Positions 18,925-27,975 of a stretch of 64,000 nt of DNA are shown here, in pieces. Source of the DNA: an uncultured Verrucomicrobiae bacterium. GTDB lineage: Bacteria > Verrucomicrobiota > Verrucomicrobiia > Chthoniobacterales > Chthoniobacteraceae. A program made the translations under genes and the position numbers. Below the pieces are notes generated by a model. It was not told the DNA's origin. It did not search any database and saw nothing but the letters and a program-made list of their open reading frames with translations. Positions within the stretch are counted from its first letter, which is position 1; every line of letters starts with the position of its first letter. The DNA is taken from the NCBI GenBank assembly GCA_963836755.1, contig CAWIKF010000002.1, forward strand, positions 1,632,001 to 1,696,000, read 5' to 3'.

Positions 18925-21183
18925 ATGATGAATACGCCGCGCTTTACAGTAGCTCTCATCTCGGTTGCGATTTGTTCGAGCTTATCATGGTCAATGGCCC
19001 AGCAAGAGACGCCCTTGACGCCGTTCGTCGACCCTTTCATCGGAACCGATCCTAATCCCATCACCAAAACCGGTTATGATATGGATACGGGGAACGTTTA
19101 TCCGGGTGCGGTTTGTCCGCATGGTTTACTTGCTTGGAGTCCTGATACGACTACGAACAAGAGAATCGCGGGCGGCTACTGGTATCCAGATTCAAAGATC
19201 GAGGACTTTAGCCTGACCCACTTCAGCGGTCGCGGGGTTCCGTGCTTGAAGGACATTGCATTTGAGCCCCTCGTGCAGCCGGTTGAAGCTTCCCCCGGCA
19301 GGGACTGGACGCGATATTCCTCGAGCTTTACCCATCAAAATGAAAGTGCGTCGCCGGGCTATTATAAAGTAAAATTCGATAACGGAATAATCACGGAGCT
19401 GACCGCGAGTCCTAGGTCTGGAGTAGCGCACTTCACCTTCCCGCCAAAGACGGCTTCGACGCTTTTAATCCGAGCCAACGGACTCATCGAGGTCAATGGC
19501 AAGGAAGTTTCAGGCCATGCGCGAAAGCTCTATTTCTTCGCGCAGTTTTCCAATCCGTTTACTAGCGTCAAAACTTGGGAGGCAGACAAGATCAGCGATG
19601 CCACCAGCGCACGCGGGGGAAGCTGTGGCGCCATTCTTTCGTTCGACACTTCGAAAGATCCGATGATCCAGGTGCGTGTTGGGATTTCCTATACCAGCGT
19701 GGAAAACGCCCGCGACAATTTGAACCAGGAAAACAAAGACGGGGACTTTGCGGCGGTGCAAAAGAACGCCGTTGCTTTATGGGATCACGAGCTAAAGCGA
19801 ATTCAGGTCGAGGGTGGAACCAAGGCGGGTAAGACAGTTTTTTACACGGCTCTTTACCATTGCTTCATCCATCCGAGCTTCTTAGATGATGTCAACGGTC
19901 AGTATCTAGGCATGGATGAAAAGGTCCACGAAGTGGCGAAGGGGCATCATCAATATCAAAACATTCCGGCATGGGACGAGTATCGTTCGCAGTCACCGCT
20001 GATGGCCTTCCTTGCTCCAAAGGAAGCCAGCGATATCGTGCAATCGTTAGTCAACTATGCGCAACAGGACGCCACTGTCCGACCCGAAGGCGGCGGCTTG
20101 CCCCGCTGGGAGCAGATGAATATTAACTCCGGCGGCATGGTTGGCGACGGCGACGATGTGATCATTGCAGCCTCGTATGCCTTTGGCGCCAGAGAGTTTG
20201 ACACCAAGGGCGCATGGGAAGCAATGGACAAAGGCGCCTCTCGGCCAGGGACCACTTCTGATGGACACCTTGTCAGGGCTGGCTTGGAAGAATACATGAG
20301 CAAGGGCTACATCCCCGAATCAGCATCGGATCGCGGCGGATCACATAGCGCTTCCATCACGCTGGAGTATTGCAACGACGACTTCGCTCTCGCCCAATAT
20401 GCCGAGAGCCTCGGACACCACGACAAGTATGTGACCTACCAAAACCGCGCGCAAAATTGGAAGAATCTCTTTAACGCTGACACCGGTTATATTCAGCCGC
20501 GGATGGCAGACGGCGCATGGATGCAAAACTTTTCTCCATCCAGTGAAAAAGCGTTTACCGAGGGAACCGGCGCGCAATATCTTTGGCTCGTAAATTTCAA
20601 TCTCCATGGTCTGATTGAAAAGCTCGGCGGCAACGAGAAAGCGGTTGAGCGGTTGGACAATTTTTTCACCAAAACCAACGCAGGTCCTAGAAGTGAATTC
20701 GCGTTCATGGGAAATGAGCCGTGCGAGGAAACGCCATGGGTGTATGACTTTGCGGCCGCTCCTGCGAGGACGCAGCAAGTGGTTCGGCAGATTCAGACAG
20801 AGCTTTTCACCAGCAAACCATCCGGCATTCCTGGCAACGATGACGCAGGTGCATTGTCTTCGTGGTATGTCTTCTCCGCGCTAGGTCTCTATCCGCAGAT
20901 TCCAGGAGTGGCTGGATTCGTCGTAGGAAGCCCGATTTTCGATAAAGCGACCATTCATCTGGAGAACGGCTCTGACATCCAGATCATTGGGGAACACGCA
21001 TCGTTGACTAATAGCTACGTGCAGACGCTCAAGGTAAATGGCCATGATTGGAAAGGGCCATGGATACCTTGGTCGGAACTTTCGAAAGGCGGAATCATCA
21101 ATGTCAGCCTTGGCGATAAGCCTTCGACCTGGGGGAGTGATCCCAGTGTGGCACCGCCTTCTTTCGATACCGTGAAACCTTGA
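18925..21183 (+). CDS. GH92 alpha-mannosidase (1)
   Basis: VDPFIGT, FSLTHFSG, PGYY, FYTALYH, EG acid motif, GNEP, GNDDAGALSSWY. Confidence 0.93.
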   Translation: MMNTPRFTVALISVAICSSLSWSMAQQETPLTPFVDPFIGTDPNPITKTGYDMDTGNVYPGAVCPHGLLAWSPDTTTNKRIAGGYWYPDSKIEDFSLTHFSGRGVPCLKDIAFEPLVQPVEASPGRDWTRYSSSFTHQNESASPGYYKVKFDNGIITELTASPRSGVAHFTFPPKTASTLLIRANGLIEVNGKEVSGHARKLYFFAQFSNPFTSVKTWEADKISDATSARGGSCGAILSFDTSKDPMIQVRVGISYTSVENARDNLNQENKDGDFAAVQKNAVALWDHELKRIQVEGGTKAGKTVFYTALYHCFIHPSFLDDVNGQYLGMDEKVHEVAKGHHQYQNIPAWDEYRSQSPLMAFLAPKEASDIVQSLVNYAQQDATVRPEGGGLPRWEQMNINSGGMVGDGDDVIIAASYAFGAREFDTKGAWEAMDKGASRPGTTSDGHLVRAGLEEYMSKGYIPESASDRGGSHSASITLEYCNDDFALAQYAESLGHHDKYVTYQNRAQNWKNLFNADTGYIQPRMADGAWMQNFSPSSEKAFTEGTGAQYLWLVNFNLHGLIEKLGGNEKAVERLDNFFTKTNAGPRSEFAFMGNEPCEETPWVYDFAAAPARTQQVVRQIQTELFTSKPSGIPGNDDAGALSSWYVFSALGLYPQIPGVAGFVVGSPIFDKATIHLENGSDIQIIGEHASLTNSYVQTLKVNGHDWKGPWIPWSELSKGGIINVSLGDKPSTWGSDPSVAPPSFDTVKP

Positions 21184-21202
21184 TCCTGACTAAAAAAACC
21201 TT

Positions 21203-21643
21203 ATGCGATTTGTTTTCCCGACTTCATCTGTAACGCGTTACCGTCTGCCGACTCATATTAACGATCTAGTCGTTGACCGGTCGGAATCCGAGACATCGGA
21301 AGTGTTCGTAGTAGTTATCGAACCAGGCTCTGCGCCGCCGCCACACCAGCATGATGATACGGAACAAGTCTTCTATGTGTTGGAAGGCAAAGGAACTCTT
21401 CGCATTGGTGCCGAAAAAAGCGAGCACACCGTAAGTCCGGGCGACGTGGTGCGAATTCCACCGCGCACGGTTCACTCAATTCGGTGCGATGGTTCAAAGC
21501 CGTTGCGTTACGTGGCGATTGACTGCTTTACCGCTGGCAGGCCGGTCGATGAGCCGACTTGGGATTCGCATGTGGAAGTAATGTGCAAGCGAGAAGGCTG
21601 GCCGCGCATAGAAGGGCAGCTGCTTCATCATGGAGCTGAGTAG
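21203..21643 (+). CDS. Cupin domain protein
   Basis: PHQHDDTEQVFYVLEGKG and GDVVRIPPRTVH metal-binding cupin motifs. Confidence 0.88.
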   Translation: MRFVFPTSSVTRYRLPTHINDLVVDRSESETSEVFVVVIEPGSAPPPHQHDDTEQVFYVLEGKGTLRIGAEKSEHTVSPGDVVRIPPRTVHSIRCDGSKPLRYVAIDCFTAGRPVDEPTWDSHVEVMCKREGWPRIEGQLLHHGAE

Positions 21644-21682
21644 GTCTAACACCTTCCATTTTTAAATCTGAATTTCGAAAAT

Positions 21683-24079
21683 ATGAAGTCAACGATTCGT
21701 CTCGCTATTGTTTCAGCTGTATTCCTCGTAGAGTTGCATTGTTCTGCAGGTAAACTGCAGGCGAAGGATTCTGCAGACTATGTCGATCCCTTCATCGGCG
21801 CAGCCAGCACGCGGCCGACCCAGGAGGAACTGGCAAAAATCACGGCTGAGGGTGTGAAGCTTGATCCAAGATTCGACGGTTTTCATGGGAAACTTTTTCC
21901 CGGGGCGGACACACCTTTTGGCATGGTGCAGTTAAGCCCGGACACGATCACAGACGGCGACAATGGCGCCGGCTACTCGTTTCCAAATACGACGATACAA
22001 GGCTTTAGCTTCAACCACATGAGCGGGGTGGGCGCTTATGGGGACTTAGGAAATTTCATGGTCATGCCTACAACGGGGCCGCTCAAAACGTGGTATGGGG
22101 ACACCGATAAACCCGGCACCGGCTATCTATCTTCCTACTCGAAAAAAACCGAGGTAGCTCAAGCCGGCTATTATGCAGTGACGTTGTCGGACTATCAGGT
22201 TCGCGCCGAGATGACCGCTGCTCCGCATAGTGGGATTCTTCGTTTCACTTTCGCGAAAAATCCGCAGTCCAGAATCCAGATCGATCTTGCACGCCGCGTC
22301 GGAGGAACTTCCATGCATCAGATCGTCAAGGTCACGGATGATCACACGATCGAAGGACAGATTGATTGCACAAACCACGGTGGAGGATTTCGCGGCGGCA
22401 CAGTTAACTACACGCTCTATTTCCATGCTGAATTCAGCGAGCCGCTCAAAGATTTCGGAGTGTGGAGCGCGACGCTTCCGACGGGGCGGAACATCTGGAA
22501 GACTCCCGAATTCGCCAAAGCGTGCGCCGAAGCTGCGGTCATTCCAAACTGTCGCGACAAGGAAGGAGACCACCTCGGCTTCTATGCGAATTTTGCGACG
22601 ACGGACAACCAAGTGATCATGCTCAAGGCCGGCATTTCCTATGTCAGCCTTGCAGACGCTCGCGAAAATATGAAAGCGGAGATTCCGGCATGGGATTTCG
22701 ACGGCTTGCGTCAGCACACCCATGAGATGTGGAATGATGAGTTGAGCCGCATTTCGATCGAAGGTGGAACGGAGGATCAGAAGACTACTTTTTACACATC
22801 GCTCTACCATTCGCTGCTGGATCCAAGGACGGAGACGGACGTCAATGGGAACTATCCCGGCGGAGATGGGCAGGTGCATCAGGCCAAAGGCTTCACGAAA
22901 CGCACGATTTTCAGCGGCTGGGATATTTATAGGAGCCAATTCCCGCTGCTCACGCTGATTGATCCTCAGGTGGTCGATGATGAAATCCAGAGTATGGTCG
23001 AGTTGGCGTCGCAAAACGGCACTCACTACTTTGATCGGTGGGAACTAATGGGATCCTACACTGGCTGCATGTGCGGTAACCCTCAGGTAGTTGTGAATAA
23101 CGATGCATATCAAAAGGGAATTCGAAACTTTGACGTCGCGAAGGCCTATGAGTATTCGGTGAATACCTGTGAGAAATTCGGCAATGGGCCGCTTGGCTAC
23201 TCAGCAGGTGGCAGCGGCGTTGCCATCACTCTTGAGAATGCCTTTGCCGATTGGAATTTGTCGGAGCTGGCAAAAGCCCTCGGTCATAATGATGACGCCA
23301 AAAAGTTTGCTGCAGACGGCCAGGATTTTCGGAATATCTTCAATCCGGAAGCTAGCTGGACTTACGAAAAATCCGGCAAGGACTCTCATCCGGAGTGGCA
23401 TGGATGGTTTGTAACTAAAGACAAAGACGGAAAGTGGGGTCCTTGGAACGGCCTCGTTTCCAGCCCGGGCGGCATGGAATCCTCACTATACCAAAGCGGG
23501 TGGTTTGTGCCGCAGGATATCCCGGGCCTGATCAGTCTGCTTGGAGGCAAAGAAGCTTTCGTAGCGAAGTTGTCCGATTTTTTTGAACACACTTCGAATC
23601 TCGGAAAGAACAACAGCTACATGAGCATCTCGAATGAGCCGAGTCATCTCATTCCCTTTCTTTTCAACAGGGCTGGTGCACCATGGCTGACGCAGAAGTG
23701 GGTCCGCCGGCTTGTGACGGAAGCTTACGGTTCTGCGCCGAACGCTCTTTCTGGCGATGACGACGTGGGCCAAATGTCAGCGTGGTATGTTCTAGCGACG
23801 AGCGGCCTGGCGCAAGCTGCTCCGGGGGATCCCCGCTTTGAAATCTTTACGCCGCTCTTTGACAAAGTTACTTTGAAACTTGATCCAAAGTATTCAAAGG
23901 GTCGCACCTTTACCGTGACGGCGAAGAACAATTCTCCCGAGAATGTTTATATCCAATCAGCGACGTTAAATGGCAAATCCCTGAACCGCTGTTGGCTGAG
24001 CTACTCGGAAATTACCGCCGGCGGCGCGCTCGAACTGGTTCTCGGTCCGCAGCCTAACAAGCAATGGGGTGTGGAATAA
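21683..24079 (+). CDS. GH92 alpha-mannosidase (2)
   Basis: VDPFIG, PFGMVQLSPDT, FSGWDIYRS, NEPS, GDDDVGQMSAWYV. Confidence 0.93.
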   Translation: MKSTIRLAIVSAVFLVELHCSAGKLQAKDSADYVDPFIGAASTRPTQEELAKITAEGVKLDPRFDGFHGKLFPGADTPFGMVQLSPDTITDGDNGAGYSFPNTTIQGFSFNHMSGVGAYGDLGNFMVMPTTGPLKTWYGDTDKPGTGYLSSYSKKTEVAQAGYYAVTLSDYQVRAEMTAAPHSGILRFTFAKNPQSRIQIDLARRVGGTSMHQIVKVTDDHTIEGQIDCTNHGGGFRGGTVNYTLYFHAEFSEPLKDFGVWSATLPTGRNIWKTPEFAKACAEAAVIPNCRDKEGDHLGFYANFATTDNQVIMLKAGISYVSLADARENMKAEIPAWDFDGLRQHTHEMWNDELSRISIEGGTEDQKTTFYTSLYHSLLDPRTETDVNGNYPGGDGQVHQAKGFTKRTIFSGWDIYRSQFPLLTLIDPQVVDDEIQSMVELASQNGTHYFDRWELMGSYTGCMCGNPQVVVNNDAYQKGIRNFDVAKAYEYSVNTCEKFGNGPLGYSAGGSGVAITLENAFADWNLSELAKALGHNDDAKKFAADGQDFRNIFNPEASWTYEKSGKDSHPEWHGWFVTKDKDGKWGPWNGLVSSPGGMESSLYQSGWFVPQDIPGLISLLGGKEAFVAKLSDFFEHTSNLGKNNSYMSISNEPSHLIPFLFNRAGAPWLTQKWVRRLVTEAYGSAPNALSGDDDVGQMSAWYVLATSGLAQAAPGDPRFEIFTPLFDKVTLKLDPKYSKGRTFTVTAKNNSPENVYIQSATLNGKSLNRCWLSYSEITAGGALELVLGPQPNKQWGVE

Positions 24080-24215
24080 CTCGATCAAAGAACCATGAAG
24101 CCTATGTTAGCTTGCAAAGCGCTGGCCTCGTGCTTTCCCAGCAACTTTGCTTACTTTGGAGCCACACCAAACGGACGACCAGGCCTAAAGTAGCCAAAGC
24201 CTAAATACCGAAATA

Positions 24216-26597
24216 ATGAAAAAGATCTACTGCCTTGCAGCTGTCTTCGTCTTTCAGATCGCCGCACTTCATGCGAAGGAAGCGATCGATTATATCGATC
24301 CATTCATCGGGACTGGATCCCAAGGAAAAGATTTTCCAGGTGCGAACGTCCCGTTCAGCATGGTGAAACTTAGTCCGGATACGCTCGTTACTGGTTCGAC
24401 GAGTTACTACTACTCCGATAAGACCATCCAAGGGTTTAGCTTTACCCACCTCGGTGGAGCAGATGGTGGAGAACTTGGAAATTTCCTTGTGATGCCAACC
24501 ACCGGTCCGATGCAAACCTATGGCGGGCAAAGAGGTAAACCACACACTGGGTATCTTTCGTCTTTCACCAAATCATCGGAAAAGGCGAGTGCTGGTTATT
24601 ATGCGGTCACCCTCGACGACTATGGAGTGAAGGCGGAAGCCACGGTGACTGACCGTAGCGGAATGCTTCGCTTTACCTTTCCGAAAAATGATCAGTCGCG
24701 GATCCAAGTCGATCTTGCTCATCGGATCAACGGCACCTCCTTGCATCAGACGGTGAAAGTGGTGAACGACCATACGATTGAGGGAATGATCGATCTTCCG
24801 AAGAATGGCGGAGGCTGGAGCTTCGGAGGTAACATCCACTACACCGCTTACTATCACGCCGAGTTCAGCAAACCTTTTACCAAGTATGGAGTTTGGAGCG
24901 CAACGTTGCCTCCCGATTGGTCCGCCGCAAAGCCGTCGGTCGGATACGGTAAACTACGAAACGTCAACAGTCCTGAGTTTATCGCTGCTTGCAAGAGCGC
25001 GGAAGTCATACCGGATTGTAAAGAGAAGGAAGGTCAGCATTTGGGATTCTATAGTGAGTTTCCGACAACGGATGGCGAAGCGGTGGTGCTGAAGGCGGGT
25101 ATTTCTTTTGTGAGCGTGGATGGTGCGCGGGCTAACTTGGCCTCTGAAATTCCGGGCTGGGACTTCGATCAGGTGCACCAGCAGGCGCGGGATGCATGGT
25201 CGAAGGCTTTCGACCATCTCACCGTCGAAGGCGGCACTGAGGATCACAAGACAATCTTTTACAGCGCGCTTTACCGCTCGCTGCTTTATCCGATGACTTT
25301 CGGAGATGTCGACGGGAATTACTTCGGAGGAGATGGCAAGGTTCATCATTCTGATACCTTTACGAATCGCACCATCTTCAGTGGCTGGGACGAATACAGG
25401 AGCAAGTATCCGCTGTTAACGCTCATCGAGCCGAAGGTAGTCAACGATCAGATCAACAGCATGATCGCGCTCGCGGAAGACAACGGGACAAAGTATTTCG
25501 ACCGGTGGGAGATCATGGGGAATTATACCGTTTGCATGATTGGCAATCCGGAAGTGGTGGTATTGAACGATGCCTATCAAAAGGGCATCCGAGGCTATGA
25601 TGTCGAAAAAGCGTATCAGTTCGCCGTCAACACCACGGAAAAATACGGAAACAGCAAGTATGGCTACATCCCGGGGCAAATTTCCGAGACGACTGAGTAT
25701 GGTCTGGACGAGTGGAACCTGGCTCAGCTCGCCGCTGGGTTGGACAAAAAAGAGGACGCCACTAAATACCAGCAGCTATCATTGGCCTATCAAAAGCTCT
25801 TTGATCCCGATCAAGCCTGGACTTACGATGCGGCAGGTAAGGATGCGAAACCGGAATGGAAAGGCTGGTTCCGACCGAAGGATGGCAAAGGAAACTTTGA
25901 GCAGTGGCCTGGATTAACTTCGCCCAAAGGAACGCGGGAAGCCACTGTCTATCAGGCTGGATGGACAGCCTGTAATGACATTCCTGGAATGATCAAGCTG
26001 CTTGGCGGCAATGAACTATTTGCCGAAAAGCTAAACGATTTTTTTGAAAGAGCGCCTGATTTTGATAAGTGGAATCCCTCCATGGGCATGCGCAATCCTG
26101 CTCATATATATGGGGGGATGGAGCCCTGGTGGAACCCGTATAACAATCCCGTAAATGAACCGACGGAGATGATTCCGTTCCTGTTCAATCGCGCGAAGGC
26201 TCCTTGGCTGACGCAAAAGTGGGTGCACCAATCGGAGAAGGTTTATTATACTGGACCCGAAGGTCTGCCCGGCGACGATGACGTGGGACAGATGTCCGCA
26301 TGGTATGTTCTGGCGGCGAGTGGCATCACCCAAGCCTGTCCGGGCGACACACGCTTTGAGATTTTCACACCGTTGTTCGACAAGGTCACTTACCGGTTCG
26401 ATCCGCATTATGCAAAAGGCAGCAGCTTTGTAATCAACGCAAAGAATAACTCGCCGGAGAACATTTACATTCAATCCGCCACTTTCAATGGACAACCATT
26501 CAACCGCTGCTGGCTTGATTTCTCGGAGATAGCTAAAGGCGGGACGTTGGACCTGGTCCTCGGGCCAACACCTAACAAGCAGTGGGGGACGGAGTAG
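24216..26597 (+). CDS. GH92 alpha-mannosidase (3)
   Basis: IDPFIGT, PFSMVKLSPDT, FSGWDEYRS, NEPT, GDDDVGQMSAWYV. Confidence 0.93.
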   Translation: MKKIYCLAAVFVFQIAALHAKEAIDYIDPFIGTGSQGKDFPGANVPFSMVKLSPDTLVTGSTSYYYSDKTIQGFSFTHLGGADGGELGNFLVMPTTGPMQTYGGQRGKPHTGYLSSFTKSSEKASAGYYAVTLDDYGVKAEATVTDRSGMLRFTFPKNDQSRIQVDLAHRINGTSLHQTVKVVNDHTIEGMIDLPKNGGGWSFGGNIHYTAYYHAEFSKPFTKYGVWSATLPPDWSAAKPSVGYGKLRNVNSPEFIAACKSAEVIPDCKEKEGQHLGFYSEFPTTDGEAVVLKAGISFVSVDGARANLASEIPGWDFDQVHQQARDAWSKAFDHLTVEGGTEDHKTIFYSALYRSLLYPMTFGDVDGNYFGGDGKVHHSDTFTNRTIFSGWDEYRSKYPLLTLIEPKVVNDQINSMIALAEDNGTKYFDRWEIMGNYTVCMIGNPEVVVLNDAYQKGIRGYDVEKAYQFAVNTTEKYGNSKYGYIPGQISETTEYGLDEWNLAQLAAGLDKKEDATKYQQLSLAYQKLFDPDQAWTYDAAGKDAKPEWKGWFRPKDGKGNFEQWPGLTSPKGTREATVYQAGWTACNDIPGMIKLLGGNELFAEKLNDFFERAPDFDKWNPSMGMRNPAHIYGGMEPWWNPYNNPVNEPTEMIPFLFNRAKAPWLTQKWVHQSEKVYYTGPEGLPGDDDVGQMSAWYVLAASGITQACPGDTRFEIFTPLFDKVTYRFDPHYAKGSSFVINAKNNSPENIYIQSATFNGQPFNRCWLDFSEIAKGGTLDLVLGPTPNKQWGTE

Positions 26598-26617
26598 GTC
26601 TCGCACAAATAATCCAA

Positions 26618-27949
26618 ATGTTTTTTCCTTCTAGATACATTTTTCTGCTTTGCCTCCTCAGTTTTTTGCCGCGAGCATTTGCAGAATCAGCGATCGATAC
26701 TCTGAGCCCCGCGGAAAAGGCCGCAGGATGGAGGCTACTCTTTGATGGCACCGACCTTTCCGGGTGGCACAACTTTAAAAAGAGCACCGTCGGCGAAGGA
26801 TGGCAGGTCAAAGATGGATGCCTTGTTTGTGTGGATCCGAAGACCGCTGGTGACATAGTCACTGACGAAAAGTTTCCGTGGTTTGAACTGCAGCTTGACT
26901 ACAACATATCAAAAGGCGGCAACAGTGGGATCATGTATCATGTCACCGACGCTGGAGGCAAAGTTTGGGCGACGGGACCCGAATTCCAATTGGAGGACAA
27001 CGAGAACCCGAGCAGTTCCCAAAGAGCCGGATGGCTTTATGACCTTTATCATCCTCCGATCGACCCGCAGACGGGAAAGATATTGGACGCGACCAAGCCA
27101 GCGGGGGAATGGAACCACGTTCGGCTACTGGTGAGCCCGACACTTTGCGAGCATGACATCAATGGCATGAAGTATTTAACTTATGTGCTTGGCACCAGCG
27201 ATTTCCTGGACCGTGTGAAGGGCAGTAAATTCAGCACGATGCCGGACTTCGCGAAAGCTACTGATGGCTGGATTGCCCTGCAAGCTGAACACGGATCGGT
27301 GTCCTTCCGGAATATCAAGATCCGCCCGATAACACCGGAGAATTCCACTCGATCCCCTGTCACCGGCAAAGAGTTCATACCCACTGCCAAGACTGATGCG
27401 TCCATTAATTTGGGAACGGCCGAGGGAGTGAAGCTAGTCGCAGGCGAATGGCGCTACAGTGACATCAAGATCATAGAGACAGACTTCAAGTCACCCGATA
27501 AGAAGCCGAACAAAACATACGATTATCAACCGCATGCAGGTGTTGCGAATTTTGACGATTCAAAGTGGGAGGTGATTGATCCGGCCACACTGAAAAAACC
27601 CCGTTCAACCGGAAAGATTTGTTTTAACTGGTATCGCATCAATTTAACTATCCCGGAGAAAATTGGAGATTTCCAGGTCGTAGGTTCTACGGTGAGCTTT
27701 GAGACGACGATTGATGATTACGCCGAAATCTGGGTCGATGGGAAGATGCCACACAGCCTGGGACAATCAGGCGGAACAGTCGTCAAGGGATTCAATGCAC
27801 CGAACCGCCTGATCATTGCAGAGCACGTGAAACCGGGTCAGCGCATCCAACTGGCTGTGTTTGGGATCAATGGACCAATAAGTGTCGCACCGGACAACTA
27901 CATCTTCATGCGCACGAACCCGCGGTTGGATTTCTTCAAAGCACCTTAA
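26618..27949 (+). CDS. DUF1080 (3-keto-disaccharide hydrolase-like) domain fused to a galactose-binding-like beta domain
   Basis: GWRLLFDG.DLSGW, GNSGI, GPEFQL, GEWN, G.IALQ.EH..V.FRNIKI; C-terminal FDDSKWE...WYR...DDYAEIWVDG. Confidence 0.85.
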   Translation: MFFPSRYIFLLCLLSFLPRAFAESAIDTLSPAEKAAGWRLLFDGTDLSGWHNFKKSTVGEGWQVKDGCLVCVDPKTAGDIVTDEKFPWFELQLDYNISKGGNSGIMYHVTDAGGKVWATGPEFQLEDNENPSSSQRAGWLYDLYHPPIDPQTGKILDATKPAGEWNHVRLLVSPTLCEHDINGMKYLTYVLGTSDFLDRVKGSKFSTMPDFAKATDGWIALQAEHGSVSFRNIKIRPITPENSTRSPVTGKEFIPTAKTDASINLGTAEGVKLVAGEWRYSDIKIIETDFKSPDKKPNKTYDYQPHAGVANFDDSKWEVIDPATLKKPRSTGKICFNWYRINLTIPEKIGDFQVVGSTVSFETTIDDYAEIWVDGKMPHSLGQSGGTVVKGFNAPNRLIIAEHVKPGQRIQLAVFGINGPISVAPDNYIFMRTNPRLDFFKAP

Positions 27950-27975
27950 TCGAAAGGCGTCAAAGGCGCCGAAAA

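Noticed and set aside
24095..24193. Short ORF MKPMLACKALASC... between GH92 genes
   Set aside because: No clear RBS, no recognisable features, coincides with hairpins
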